Shown: one piece after another, positions 37,901 to 50,798 of the stretch
Layout: every line of letters starts with the position of its first letter
How positions within the stretch are numbered: position 1 is the first letter of the stretch
Source: Vicugna vicugna
Taxonomy: Eukaryota
DNA length: 64,000 bases
Direction of reading: 5' to 3'
NCBI GenBank assembly: GCA_013265495.1
Contig: MU057632.1
Location: forward strand, 976,054-1,040,053
Notes under the pieces: generated by a model
Told to the model about the DNA's origin: nothing
What the model saw: only the letters and a program-made list of their open reading frames with translations
The model's database searches: none
Made by a program: the position numbers and the translations under genes

Positions 37901-39427
37901 ATTATAATATCTTCTCTACTCTGATGAAAAAAAAAATCCACAAAAATTAAAGCAGTTGTCATTGGATTATTCAGGGCACAGGATATAGTCCCATGTGATA
38001 GTTCAATGACAATAAGAAGCTATCAATGAAAGAGGCCAAGACCAAGGAAATTTCTTATGGCTTTTATTAATGAAAAGATTGGCAAGTGTAAATTTCTAAG
38101 TGCAGACTGAACTATTTAGTTCATTTCTAAGAATTTGATAGGGAGGTGGGGCGGTGGATCATGAGAAAGATATTTACATTAGTTGATTGTCAGGAAATAA
38201 TCACACTGCTTTGGTTTATATTCTTTTACATACTCTGAGGGCATATTCAAGTACTTCCTGTTATATGTACTGTGTTAGTCTTTACGAGTTTTGGTGGTAG
38301 GGATGTGGTCAAATTGATCATTTGCTGTAGCTTACCCTCATGGCTGCCCCATCAGAGAGGCAGACCAGACACTCTTTGCCCTAGCCACAGGGCCACATGA
38401 CCTATTTGGCAACGTAAGTCTTCCAAGGCTAATGAACCACAAGGCCTCCCAGGTACGGCTATGGGTTCTTCCACTTCTGCTGTAAAACAGATTTTGTGTG
38501 GTAGCCAATAATCCAGAAGAAGGTCAATTTGGTCTTGGAACTCATAGGAAATTAAGAAGCTACTTTTTTACAAGAAAGTATTCTGCCTGTCAAATTAGTT
38601 AGCCAAAATGAAAACATGAATACATTTTAAATAATTCATCCTTGTATATACGAATGATTTTTAAAAATGTACATTCTTATATGGTTCTTCATTTATTCAT
38701 TGAATTTAGAGTTTAAACTGCAATGGTTGAATGAGAATCATTTTCCTATCTCATTTTCCATATATTCCAAATTTTCTAAAATGAACATATTTTACTTGAA
38801 TTGGAAGAATATGTTTGGGGAGAATCAAAAATAATTTGAAAGTGACTTCTGCCCTCAAAAGCCTTAGAGAGTTTTTGAATAGATGAGACATGAACTCATA
38901 AAATGATGACATGCAGTAGTATGCTAAATGCAAAATTACATGATAAAAACAAAATACTGCATTTTTTTTGAGGACTAGGGTGGAGTGAGGGTGAGAATAA
39001 TCTTTCTGTAGATTAGTTGAGACTTTATGTAGAATTTGTCATTTAAACTGTTCCTGGAAGGAAGGAACAGTAGAAATGTGGGCAAATTTCTCTCCAAACA
39101 AATGCACATATATTACTCTAGACACTATTTTACATAATTCCTGAGGTTTAAGTACTTCCTAAAAACTATATTGGGCTCCCAATGCATAGATTATTCCTTA
39201 GCTTAAGAGAATAGTGAAAAATAAAGGGTGCAAAGAATGTTGAGAACAGAATTTTGGAAAGCTTATCATGCCAAGCTCAAGTGTTTGTCCTTTGTTCAGT
39301 TGGCAATGGAGAATTGTAACTGTTTGATAAAAGAGGTCCTACCTGAGCATATCTGTCCTCTTTCAGACACAATACACTGCCTCTCTGTTCTGGATAATGA
39401 GAAAATACTGCTGTTTCTCTTGAAAAA

Positions 39428-39992
39428 TGTAGACAGCCTCCAAGGAGATCTCCCCAAATCCGCACCTCTGGTATTCAGACCCTACGTAGTTCCTCTCCAC
39501 GTTGGACCTGGGCTGGCCAGTGTGACCAGCAGAACATGAAGAAATTGGATGTGTGTGATCTCCACGTTCAGGCTGTGCAGGCACTGCAGTTTTGGCCTTC
39601 ATTTCTCAGATCACCTGCTCTGGTGGAGGCTGCCTGCCATGTTGGGACGAACCTCCAGCAGCACCATGTTCAGATCCATCTGTAGTGAAGCCAACGTTCA
39701 GCACCAACTTGCCAGCCAGGTAAGTGAGTCACACCACAAGTGGGTCTTACAGCCCTGGTCAAACCTTAATTAAATGTCACAGCAGCTAACATCCAACTGC
39801 AAACTCATGAGAGAATCCAAGCCTGAACTCCTCTCGCACTTCTGCTTCCCCATTACACACACCACTGTCACCCACATTGTTCTCAAACCCCTGAGCCATC
39901 ACAGCCATAAGAGATAAGAAATAATGATAGTTGTATGAAGCTACTATATTTTGGGATGATTTATGCAAGTCAAGGAATAGGCAATTAACACA
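39428..39992 (+). mobile_element. MLT1F-like MaLR solo LTR
   Basis: 'tgtagacagcctccaag...cctctggtattcagaccc...gctgcctgccatgttgg...gcaccaacttgccagcca...actgcaaactcatgagaga...ctactatattttgggatgattt...attaacaca'. Confidence 0.8.
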
Positions 39993-40834
39993 AAGAGGTC
40001 TTAGCCATCTACTTGGTCAGAGTTCTACCAGAAAAAAATATTATTTTAGAAAATGAGAGCAGCTATGTTTCTGTGTGCACTATTGATAGATATTCTAGCA
40101 CAGGTAACATAATACTGTATTATTACTTATTACGTATATTATATTATTACTTATACTATATTATTGTTAGACCATCATCCAAAGATGTAGAAAATTTGAT
40201 CAGAAAATATTAGTTTCACTTTAGAGAAGCAGCAGAAACAACATAAAGGTTAACTAAGCAGTTTCTGAATTTCAACTCTGCAATCTGTTTGGGCAACCCC
40301 TGAGCCAGGGAGGGATCAAAAGGCCAATCTGTTCTCAAGAGAAAAGCTAGCAACAACACACTAAAGCACTGAATATGAAGTTTTCTTCCATACTGCAACA
40401 AATCTGTGCCATAATGGACATACATGTGCACATAATATATGGGACTATGTTAGAAAGATAAGAGCACGTGCTTTCCTCACTAGCTTTTCCACTTTCATAT
40501 AAACATTTTCATGTAACAATTTGGAGATAATACTGGTAACGCCCACCAAGTCTGACAAAATTAAATGCAGGACTCCATCCTACTAGGGGAAGGTGAAGAT
40601 ACACTGACTGAATGCTTCACACCCTTCCAACTTAACTTGCAAACAATGTAAATGTTTTGCTGTCAGTGGATGCAGATTTGTTACAGGAGATTTTCAATTA
40701 GACTGAATTTTCTGTAAATGCTTTTTAAAAGTCAATGTAGCTTGTAAGTTAAAATGTCACACACTAATAACATCATTATTTCTACCAATAACACTTGACA
40801 GTTTCCCTCTATTCCCACTCTTAGCTGGGTTGGG

Positions 40835-41350
40835 TTTTATAGCAGAATTGCTACTTGCCCCCTAATAGCCACCCTTTCCATCTTACGTTGTAAGATAACT
40901 CTTCATTTTATGCGGGTACGTGATGGCTTGGAATAAAGATTGTATTTACAAATCCCCTTGGCTCATAACCCCTCTGTGGCCACATGGCTACTTTGTAGTC
41001 CAGGGACTTCCTGCAGACGTACTACACACAGTTCTGGGAGTTACTCTTCAAAGGTTTGGGTGAGTCCTGCATGTCTCCCCACCCCTGTCCTCCTCCCTCC
41101 TTGCTCGATGCAGATCTAACAACTGTACATCAGCAGCCAACTTGGACCATGAGCAATGTCGAGAAAGAAAGCTGGACACAGGGGAGTATCAGCAAAGGAG
41201 GAGCCTGAACTCCTGACACCTCGAGGCATCACACCCTTACTAGAACTTCTGCACCCTGTTTGGACTTGAGAAGGAAAGAAACTTTGACCTTGTTATTTGG
41301 GGTATTTTGTTTTTATTATTACTCTCAGGCAATTCCAATCCCAAATGACA
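40835..41350 (+). mobile_element. MLT1J-like MaLR LTR
   Basis: 'tatagcagaattgctacttgcccc...ccaacttggaccatgag...aggagcctgaactcctgaca...gttatttggggt...aatcccaaatgaca'. Confidence 0.65.
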
Positions 41351-42084
41351 CTGTGCCCTCTCTATGTGCACCAGACATCTTGGGCTTAAGCTTGGCGCAG
41401 AGCTGACTGCCAGCTATTGTGATTATTTGTCTGGATAAGTGCTCAAAGGCAGAGGCTATGACTCCTTTCTATCCCCCAAGGACCTGGAAAATTGTACAGA
41501 CTGAATCGGTGTTTAAAAAGCCCCTTATACTCTGTATTGACTACATCGCTGGCAAGTCCTGTTCATCAAAACCTGTCAGTTTCAGCACTAAAAGCCTCTA
41601 TGATACATTTTTATTAAACAAAAATTCCTTTAGTTATACATATTTGAGTGCTTTCATTTTAATGGAAGGAAACACATTTATTAAGAGTATTTTAAAGGTA
41701 GTCTCACATTTAGAGCCTTGTTAGATGAAGAATGAAGAGACAATCTCAACTTACCATAAGCCAGCTCTTTACGATGCAAGATGGAGCAAGATTATTAACC
41801 TTGATATATCGATGGACATGTTTTTACAAAGGAAGCCAAATTACAGGGGACTAAATCATCTCCTCTGTCCTATTCACCACAACTTTAATTAGAAAATGAA
41901 TCTGGAATAGCTGGGAATGAAAAAGCCACTTCTACACCTGGAACAGTGTCATACACACACAGTGGGGTACCCAGCAACAGAACATTGAGCGAATGGTTAT
42001 TAAATTCATAGATGTGACTTTTAAAAGAGAATGATTGTGTAAAATAAGAAGCTACGATGAGGATGCTGCTGCCATTGCTTCTGC

Positions 42085-42520
42085 GATGATAATGATGATG
42101 ATAAATGCCACCTACATCACTTATCCAGTGCTCTTCCCATGCCTGGTACCACTCCAGGACTTTACATGAAACCATCTCATCTCGTTTCCCAAGAGTAACA
42201 GGGCATATGGACTGTCATCACAAGATGAGGAAAATGGGTGTGGGACTAAGTCCCTTTGCACAAGGTCACCCGATTACTATTGTGCTTTTGAGCACCTATT
42301 GTGTGCCAGGTATTCTTCTAAGAGTTAACCTGTACTGAGTCATTTAACTGTCCCAACACCACCGCTGGAGAGAGGGGGTTAGTATTCTCCCTTCACAGAT
42401 GAGGACAGGAAGGCAAGTCATTAGCCCAATGTCACAGTAAGCAAGTGACAGAGCTGGGGCTGAAACCAACACAAGGGAGGAATCCAGGACTCCACTCCTG
42501 ACCTCTGTGCCATGCTGCCT
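42085..42520 (-). mobile_element. Two adjacent MIR copies (~42085-42270 and ~42273-42520)
   Basis: Each has an antisense MIR core: 'agatgaggaaaatgg...gcacaaggtcac' and 'ttgagcacctattgtgtgccagg...cacagatgaggacagg...gcaagtgacagagctggg...gccatgctgcct'. Confidence 0.75.
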
Positions 42521-42932
42521 TGTGTGGTACCAGATGCAGTAGGAGGTGTAACTGACAAGTGCCCATCTTCAGCGCTCTCAACACCCATCACTGCTGGGTG
42601 GAAGACCACATCCCCAGGGGCTGCTCCTAGACAACCTCTGAACCAGACACCTTTTCTTCTGGGAACAGAAAGAAGAGGTACTCACTCACCTTACCACCAA
42701 GATGTTGGCTTGAAAGCTCTCTGACAGCCTTGTGGAAGCTTCCTTAGACCACACAGCAATCAAGGATGTTTCCACCCCTCCAGTCCTCCCTCCCTCCTTC
42801 ATGAGGGTCAGATTTGCATTCACTGACTCTCCTAGCCTTTCTGACTCCATCTTTCCCACACTGGGAACTTCCCCTCATAGATTCCTTGCAGCCCATCTTG
42901 GCATCTGCTTCCTTTGGAAGAGAACTGACACA
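42520..42932 (+). mobile_element. LTR40/LTR41-like ERVL LTR
   Basis: TG...CA termini; 'gccttgtggaagcttccttagac...gggtcagatttgcat...cccatcttggcatctgcttc...aactgacaca'. Confidence 0.6.
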
Positions 42933-45509
42933 GTCCTGAAGGGTAAGTTCTCCTGGGGTTTCTTGTGCAGAAGAATCAGACTGGAACCATGGTGAGAAAA
43001 GAGAGCATTGCTGTCTCCTCTGGGACCCCCATGGAGAAGAGGAAGCTTGAGAGAAAAGCTGGCATACTTCAGGACCTGCTGTGTCATGGTTGGCAGGCTG
43101 CTCAGAATTTGGAGGCTGTTCACCACAACTCATGGAAGGAAGACCTCAAGGAAGATCTCAAAGACCTCAAGGAGCAGTGATGACAGCTGCTCCTTGGAGA
43201 GCCAGTAAGGTCTATACAGTGAGGCCTGGTGAACAAGGGGACAGGGTCCAGTGCTTGGGGAAGTTAAGGGGGCAGGAGATTTCCATCAGGATGGTGGAAG
43301 GGAGCAGAAAACATGTGCCTGTCTACCCATCCTCTTTATCATTAGATTATGAGAAAAGAAATTTGAAACCTATGATCTTATTGTATGGCATTGATTGGAT
43401 CTTAGACACAAAGAATCTTTCATTCCTTATTGCTTTTAGATTTTCAAGTTTGATTTCACTTCAGCCCAGTGAATGAACCCTAGTGAGAGATTTTTCATAT
43501 ATGATGCAATGTTAAGGATATTAAGAGGTCAATATCCTTTAGACTTCTGTGTCTTATGGAGGGAAGGGTAAATTGAACTCCTTGAGTCAGGGCATCTTAC
43601 TTCCACTGTCTTGTTCCAACTCACTCATGTTCTCCAGCTTGCTTCCCCAAGTCCTCTTTGGGGGTTCCCAGAGCTAGACCACTAGAGGAGACAGCAGGCC
43701 TTGGTCATTTGTTACTAGTCCTTGGGAACTTCATGGGAAGAGGATTCCAGCATTCCTGACTTCTCCAGCACATGCCATCAAGCACCCTTGAAGTGTCAAC
43801 TGCATACCTGGGCTGAGAAGTCAAAGCAGAAGAGGAGCTGACCAGAAGGTGGAGGCTGGGAAAGAGGGTGACAGAGTCCCATCAGTGGTACAGTCAGGAA
43901 GGAATCTGGATATTAAGGCAGCAAAAGGAAGGCCAGAGCTGTGCCAGTTAGTGCTGAGGAGGCTGAGCGAGTAAAGACTAGGGTTTACAGCACGTCTTAT
44001 AGATGATCTGAACCCCTGAGAGGTTTTAAGCAAGAACAGCTTAGTTTTGTGATTTTAAAGGTTTACTCTGGCTATCATGCAGAGTATTTGTAAAGGACTT
44101 TGTCACACAGACGTTTTATTATTTTCAGTGGCTTCAAAGAAAGTAGGAGGAGGGGTCTGCTGAGGGTGCAACCTGTATCCCAGAACATCACTATGTTAAC
44201 AGTAGCAGCATTAATTGATTGGCAGGTTATCTTAATAAGAGTAGGAATTATATGCAGAACTTATGTAGAAACATCATTTCAAATAAACAGGCTCTGAGAG
44301 GTGGAGAGACTTATCATGGATGTGATGGAGCCAAGATTCGAACCCTAGTTTTCTGCCTCTAAAGCCTCAGGTCTTGTGGATGATGTGGTAGGACTCAGAA
44401 CAGAGACAAAGGGCACAAGAAAGAACAAACCTAGATAAGTCAGGTCCCCTCCTTCAAGGACCTTACAAGACAGTGGGGAACTCACATCAGGACCAAGGTC
44501 ATGGGTGATATATACAAATTTATGCAAATATGGGAAAAACAGCAACAAACTAGAATTCAAAGACTAAACTGACACAATTCCACCACTCATCCCCCTACAA
44601 AGACGTAGAACCCTGGCTCTTCCAGAGAGCCAAGAACACAGAACCCAAGGACAGCAAGAAAGGGAAGGCAGATTTAAGAAACTTTCCAGCTTCTTTAGTC
44701 AGATTATCAAGGGGAAATAACTTTCCAGAATATTAGGTCTATAGACACTCAAATTACATTACAAAACCCCAAATTAACATTTTGATTATTTGCATTACCT
44801 ATATCACAGATTCCCTCAAGGAAAAAATGTAAAAAGGTTTTCTGTAGTAATCAACTTAACATGTGCACAGGTCTTTATAGCTGACAAAATAGCTTCACCT
44901 GTTTTTCGTCTTTTAAATTTTTATCTGACCTGCACTTTTTGAAAATGTCAAGTAAACACAGCAGATACCAGTGACTTCATTTGCTGACCAAGGTTTGTGT
45001 TGACTGCAAGCCATAAAGAACTCCTCGATTTAATAATATTTTAATATGTAAATCAAATTCTAAATTATAGGCCAAGAATACTTTCCTGAGAGCACACGTG
45101 TACTACACAAACACTCAGAAATCTGATTCCATTACAATTTACACAAATATTTTCATCCTATGAGTTCAAAGAATTCTCATATTTCAAACGTGAATTAATC
45201 CAACAGACAGATCATTCAGCATGAAATTATAAAAAGAGCCACAAAGTTTGGGCATCTCACACCAGAACTCCATGATACATCCACACAGGGCATGAATCAC
45301 TCTGTCCCCTCTCAGTTACTGTCTTACCTAATCAGGTAGGTCACCCAATGAGCCAGGAGAGGACTTCATGCCCAAAGCCTATGACCATTAATTTCAGCAT
45401 ACTTTCTATCATACGTTAAATCATTTAGCAGCATTCTGGAATACAGAGCAGAATTCTTGCTGAAATGATCTATTCTTCACTGGGGGATTATCTGCCTAAT
45501 TGAGCAATG

Positions 45510-46265
45510 TTCTCTAAATTACTAAACCAAATAGTCAATTTCCAGTCCTTATCTGCTCACCCTCTTCCTTGAGCTACCTTTCACTTGGTTTCCAGGATGC
45601 TATATTCTCTGTGTTTTCTCCTCCTATTTCCAGCTTCTAACTGATGGAGTGCCCTAAGGCTCACACCTGGGATCCTGCTCTTCTACCACGGTTCTCATCC
45701 TCTAAATGCCATCTGTACACTGGTAGCTCTCAAAATACCAGTCCAACGTCTCCTTAAACTCTAGATCTATGTAAGTGACTGCCTAGTCTACTTCTCCACC
45801 TATGAGGTCTAACAGGCATATCTCAGATTTTACATGTCTAACATCAAGTTTTTGATATTCCAGCTTCCCCCTACAAAACACAAAATCTGTCCCTTTAAAA
45901 GTCTTCCCTATCTCAGTAAATGAAAACTCAAAAACCTAATTTTTATCTTTGTTCAGGCAAAAACAAAACAAAAACAAAAACAAGAACAAAAAAACCGTAG
46001 CCATTTTTGACTCTTTTTTCCCCTCATGTTCTATATTTAATCTGTAAGGAAATCCATTCAGCTGTACTTGCAAAATATATTCAGAATCCAACAGATTTTT
46101 AAAACTTCGGCTTCTACCACCCTTATTAAAATCACTGCTTCTCACAGATGTTACTGTGATAGCCCCCAGTGATGTCTCTGCTCCCATCAGTGCACCCCGA
46201 CAGCCATGCTCAGAACAGCAGCCACAGCGTTCTGGTTAAAATCTACCTCAGGCCATGCCTCTTCT
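45510..46265 (+). mobile_element. L2 fragment with inserted (AAAAC)n
   Basis: 'aaaccaaatagtcaatttccagtccttatc...cttggtttccaggatgc...gtcttccctatctcagtaaatg...cttgcaaaatatattcagaatcc...acagcagccacagcg'; (AAAAC)n at ~45958-45995. Confidence 0.75.
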
Positions 46266-46997
46266 GGCTTTTTCACACATGATTGGAAAGATGGAAGGAC
46301 TCGCACCTAGAGAGCCACTGCGGGTCATCTCAAGAAGCCAGGTGCACTTTAGTCGGCCACTATATGGCCACAGTGCCTCACCTAATTACAAAAAGCAAAT
46401 ATTACTACCCCTACTGCTCTGACTGGGAGCACATCCTAGCCTTAATGTGATCCCATTAGCATGAAATTAGGTGTTAATAATTTAATCAAAATATTTGAAT
46501 ATTAACATAAGAATGAGTGATTAACACTAACAAAAGGAGACAGCACCCACCCCATCCCAGCAACAGTCATGGTGAATGCATTGTATCACTGCCCATGTCT
46601 AGAATACAGGTTACTGTGACTACACCCTAAATCATGTGTTGGCATGTGCACTTTCCCCAAAAAGTAATTTTTAAAGATTTAATATACTCAGCTCTGTTAT
46701 TAAAGTTAAATATTTTACTTAAGTCCGTGAGCACATTAGCATTTACTCATTAAAGCAAAAATAATCAGGACTCCCATTGCATGACAAATGTCAGGGTTCC
46801 ATGTCACTGGCACATACTCACCAAGTGACAGCCAAGCATGTTTTATTGTTCCCACAATAGGCATTTGAAGAGGATTTTAATTATCATCCACATCTTGTCA
46901 TCATCTATTTGGTGTTCACATAAATAGACAACTAATGCCGCTCCAAAGTTTTGTGGATCATTCTCTGCCTTTCAAATATGGTTAAAACAACACTGCA

Positions 46998-48975
46998 GAG
47001 AGAATCATTTCCAGAATGGGTGAGTTAGGACCTCCCCAAATCCTACCCTTCATACAATGAGGACACTGGCAAAACTTGCCAAAATCAAGTTTTTTCAGAG
47101 CTCTGAAAATGAACACATCTTTCAACAATCCAAGGAACATTTATTCAAGAAAAAGGGCTGAATCTCAGTAAGAACAGTAAGCTTCACATCATTTTCACTT
47201 GCCCTGTTCCCATTCCTCCCCTCCCAGCTTCACAGCAGCTTTCAAAACCAGCTGCTCCAGAGCCAAAGTATCCATGAAAATCTGGAGCTTAGGAGCTCAC
47301 TTCTTAACTAGAAAAAGAAGAGCAAACTAATCTGAAAGCAAACAGAATGAAGGAAATAATAAAAACAAGAGTAGAAATAAATGAAATAGGAGAAAAACAA
47401 TACTTCCCTGACACCAAGAGCAGATAGGACCCAAAGAGGAAATTACAGACCAATATCCCTTATGAATATATATACAAAACTCATCAACAAATTACAAATG
47501 AAGTGAGTCCAAGCAATATATAAAAAAGATTATATACAGCCACCAAGTGTATGTAACATCACAAGAAGGTAAGGTTGGTTTAACCTCTGGAAGTCAATTA
47601 ATATAATATACAATATGAATAGAATAAAAGGGCAAAGATCATCCAAAAAGATGCAGATACAGTAGCTGACAAAATTGAAAACCTTTCACCATAAAAAAAA
47701 ACACTCAGTAAATTAGAAATAGAAGATAACGTTCTCAATCTGATAAATGCCATCTATGAAAAACTCACAGCTAATATCACACTTTAAAGGAGGAAGACTG
47801 AGCTCTTTTCTCAAGATACGAATAAGACCAGGATGTCTGCTCTTATCATATCTGTTTAAAACTGTACTAGAGAATCTGGTCTGGGCAAGTAGGCCAGAAA
47901 AATAAATAAAAGATATCCAGAAAGGATGGAAATATGTGAAACTGTTTCTATCTGCAGATGACATGATCTCCTACACAGAAAATTCTAAGGAAGCCATAAA
48001 AAACTTAGAACTAATAAGCGAGCTGAGCAGGGGGGCAGGATACTAAATCAAATACACAAAATCAATTGTATTTCTGTACTTTAGCCATAAAAAATATGGC
48101 TCAACGACAACAAAAAGAGAAATAACCCAATTTAAAAATGGGCAGATAATTTGATTAGACATTTTTCCAAAGAAGATACACAAAGGCTATTAAGTGAATG
48201 AAACTTAATTTAATTATTCACTAGAGGTCTGCCCATCAAAACCACAAAGATATGACACTTCATACCCACTAGGATACATAAAATAAAAAAGATGAACAAT
48301 AATAAGGCAAGAATATGGAGAAATCAGAAACTGCATTCATTGCCTGTGGGATTATAAAATGGTGCAAACATTTTAGAAATCAGTTTGCTCATCTGCACAA
48401 CACTAAACATAAGGTTATAATATAACCTCATTATTATGCTACTATTTTCATGGCTATGAGAACTGAAAATATATGCTCACACAAAAACTTCTATGTGAAT
48501 GTTCATAAGAGTGTTATTCGTAATAGCCGAAAAGTGGAAACAACCCAAATTTCCATCAACTGATGAATGGCTAAACAAAAGGAGTATATCCATACAATGG
48601 AATATTATCCAGCCATAAAAATGGACGAAGTACTGATGCCTGTTCCATGTGACAATGTGGATGAACTTTGACAAATTACACTAAGTGAAAGAAGGCAGTC
48701 ACAAAAGATCACACATTCTGTGACTCCATTTATATGACATGTCCACATTCAGCAAACCTATAGAGACAGGAATATATGAGTGGTTGCCAGGGGTTGGGTG
48801 TATGGATATACAGGAAGTGACCGTTCATGTGGGTTTCTCTTTTTGGGTGATGAAATATTGTGCAATTATAAAGTGGTGATGGTTGCATGATTCTGTGAAT
48901 ACACTAAAACCCACTGAACTGTATGCTTGAGCTTGCTGAATTTATACCGTGTAAATTATACTTTAATAATGCTGT
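46998..48975 (+). mobile_element. Ancient L1 (L1MB-type 3' end), internally deleted
   Basis: A 5'UTR-like block (46998-47290) is followed by ORF2 remnants: LEKEEQ..KEIIK.RVEINEI (~47305), NYRPISLMNI (~47440), ADDMI (~47955) and NPI.KWA..L.RHFSKED (~48125). An L1MB-like 3'UTR ends 'gtaaattatactttaataatgctgt'. Confidence 0.85.
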
Positions 48976-49550
48976 GCTGGGGCTGGGCCTTACTGCATCT
49001 AACATTGGAAAGGAAGGAGAATTTGAGGCAAGAGCAAAAATGGCGTCACTGCTTTCTCCTTAGGCAAACTGCTTCCCTGTCTTCTGGAGCCTCCGGGTTC
49101 CCAGCCCACAATTTTACATAACAATCCCATTATATTGTCATAATCTGTTCCCAGGTCTGCCTTCCTGTTACTCCAGGCACTTGTCAGGCTCACTGTTCTG
49201 TCCCAGGCTACCCATAAAGCTGAGGGGTTTAGCACAGTTCACACACACACTGGACATTCAATAAATAGTTGGTGAATAAAAAAAATTAAGTTAGAATAAT
49301 CAAAATTAATATAAAGGTATTCTAAATACTGTACTTATAAATGCTATGCTTAGCATGGGATAGTTTTTATTCAGGCAAAGGCCAATCTTTGAGGATGTAT
49401 TAGCTGTCTCCACATTGGCTTATAACACTGGGATTATCTGCTGGACACTCTCTACAGAGACCTGCTTGGTCCAGTATATGAATATTATGGGCACACCAAA
49501 ATGTGAACAGATTTACACATTTCAGTGATTTGAAGAGTGATTAGGATAAA

Positions 49551-49779
49551 TTAGGGATTGAGGGTTAACAGACACACATGACTATATACACAATAGATAG
49601 ACAACAAAGACCTACTGTACAGCACAGAGAACTACATTCAATTTCTGGTAGTAACATAATGGAAAATAATCTGAAAAGAAAAAAATATATATGTATGTAC
49701 TGTATAACTGAATCACTTTGCTGTACATCTGAAACTAACATTATAAATCAACAACACTTCAATAAAAATTTTTTTAAAA
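49551..49779 (+). mobile_element. L1 3' end (camelid type) with 18-bp TSD
   Basis: TSD aagagtgattaggataaa (49533-49550) / aagagagattgggataaa (49780-49797), 2 mismatches. Body 'cctactgtacagcacagagaactac...ataactgaatcactttgctgtaca...caataaaaa'. Confidence 0.92.
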
Positions 49780-50235
49780 AAGAGAGATTGGGATAAAATC
49801 CACCTTAGTGATGTTTTAGGAACAGAGAACTACAGTGGCTCGTGCAACGTCACCTATGTAGGCACGGAGAGAGGTCTGACTGAAACACAGGTGTCCTGAT
49901 TGCCAACCCAGGGCTGCCTTTGCAAACATGAGCTAAGACCAAATAATGGGTGGAGGGTGGGTGTGCTTTCAAAAACAGTATGCTCACAACATACAGTTCA
50001 ACCTAGTGCTTCTAACTTACTGTTTTGGCCCATAATACCAAACTTTAACAGAGCAATCTTTTCTTAGACAAAATTTGGAGCACGTGACTCCCTTGTATCA
50101 AAGTTCTCAGAGGGCCTCGCATCCCATTCCAAACACAATCCAGACTCCTTGTCAGCACCACAGAGACTTACCGTAACCTCGCTGCGTGTTTCTCTCCAGT
50201 CTCACCCTGAAGCACTGCTCCTCTAGACCAGTAAA

Positions 50236-50798
50236 CAGGCAGGCCTCCTTTCACTGCACTTCACTTTACTGTGCTTTGCAGAAATTGCATTTTTTACAAA
50301 TTGAAGTTTCGTGGCCACCCCGTGTTGAGCAAGCCTGTTGGCACCATTTTTTCCCAACAGTATTTGCTCATTTCATGTAGCCAAGTTATGAATGCAATGG
50401 GAAAGTTCTTGACAGAAATTAAAAGTGCTACTTCAGTGGACATAAGAAAGATAAGAAAGTGAAACAGCCTTAGTGATGATGTGGAGAAAGTCTGAGGGGT
50501 CTGGGGAGAAGATCAAACCAGCCACTCCATTCCCTTAAGCCAAAGTCTAATCCAGAGCGAGGCGTAACCTCCCTTCAACTCCACGAAGGCTGGGAGAGGA
50601 GAGGAAGCAGCAGAAGAAAAGTCTGGAGCTGGCAGAGGCGGGTTCATGAGGTTTTAGGAGAGAAACCGTCTCTGTAACATAAACGTGCAGGGTGAAGCAG
50701 GAGGTGCTGATGGAGAAGCAACAGGAAGTTATCCAGAAGATGTAGCTAAGACAATTCATGAAGGTGGCTGCACTGCACACCAAGTTTTCACGCAGATT
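50236..50798 (+). mobile_element. Tigger1 fragment: 5' end joined to decayed transposase
   Basis: 5' end 'caggcaggcctcctttcactgcacttcactttactgtgctttgcaga'. From ~50379 it translates SQVMNAMGKFLTEIKSATSVDIRKIRK*NSL...EDQTSHSIPLSQSLIQS, i.e. Tigger1 transposase with stops. Confidence 0.9.

Noticed and set aside
42965..43180. ORF ending KEDLKEDLKDLKEQ (coiled-coil-like)
   Set aside because: The periodicity comes from a short DNA slippage repeat (aagacctcaagg twice) next to an LTR.
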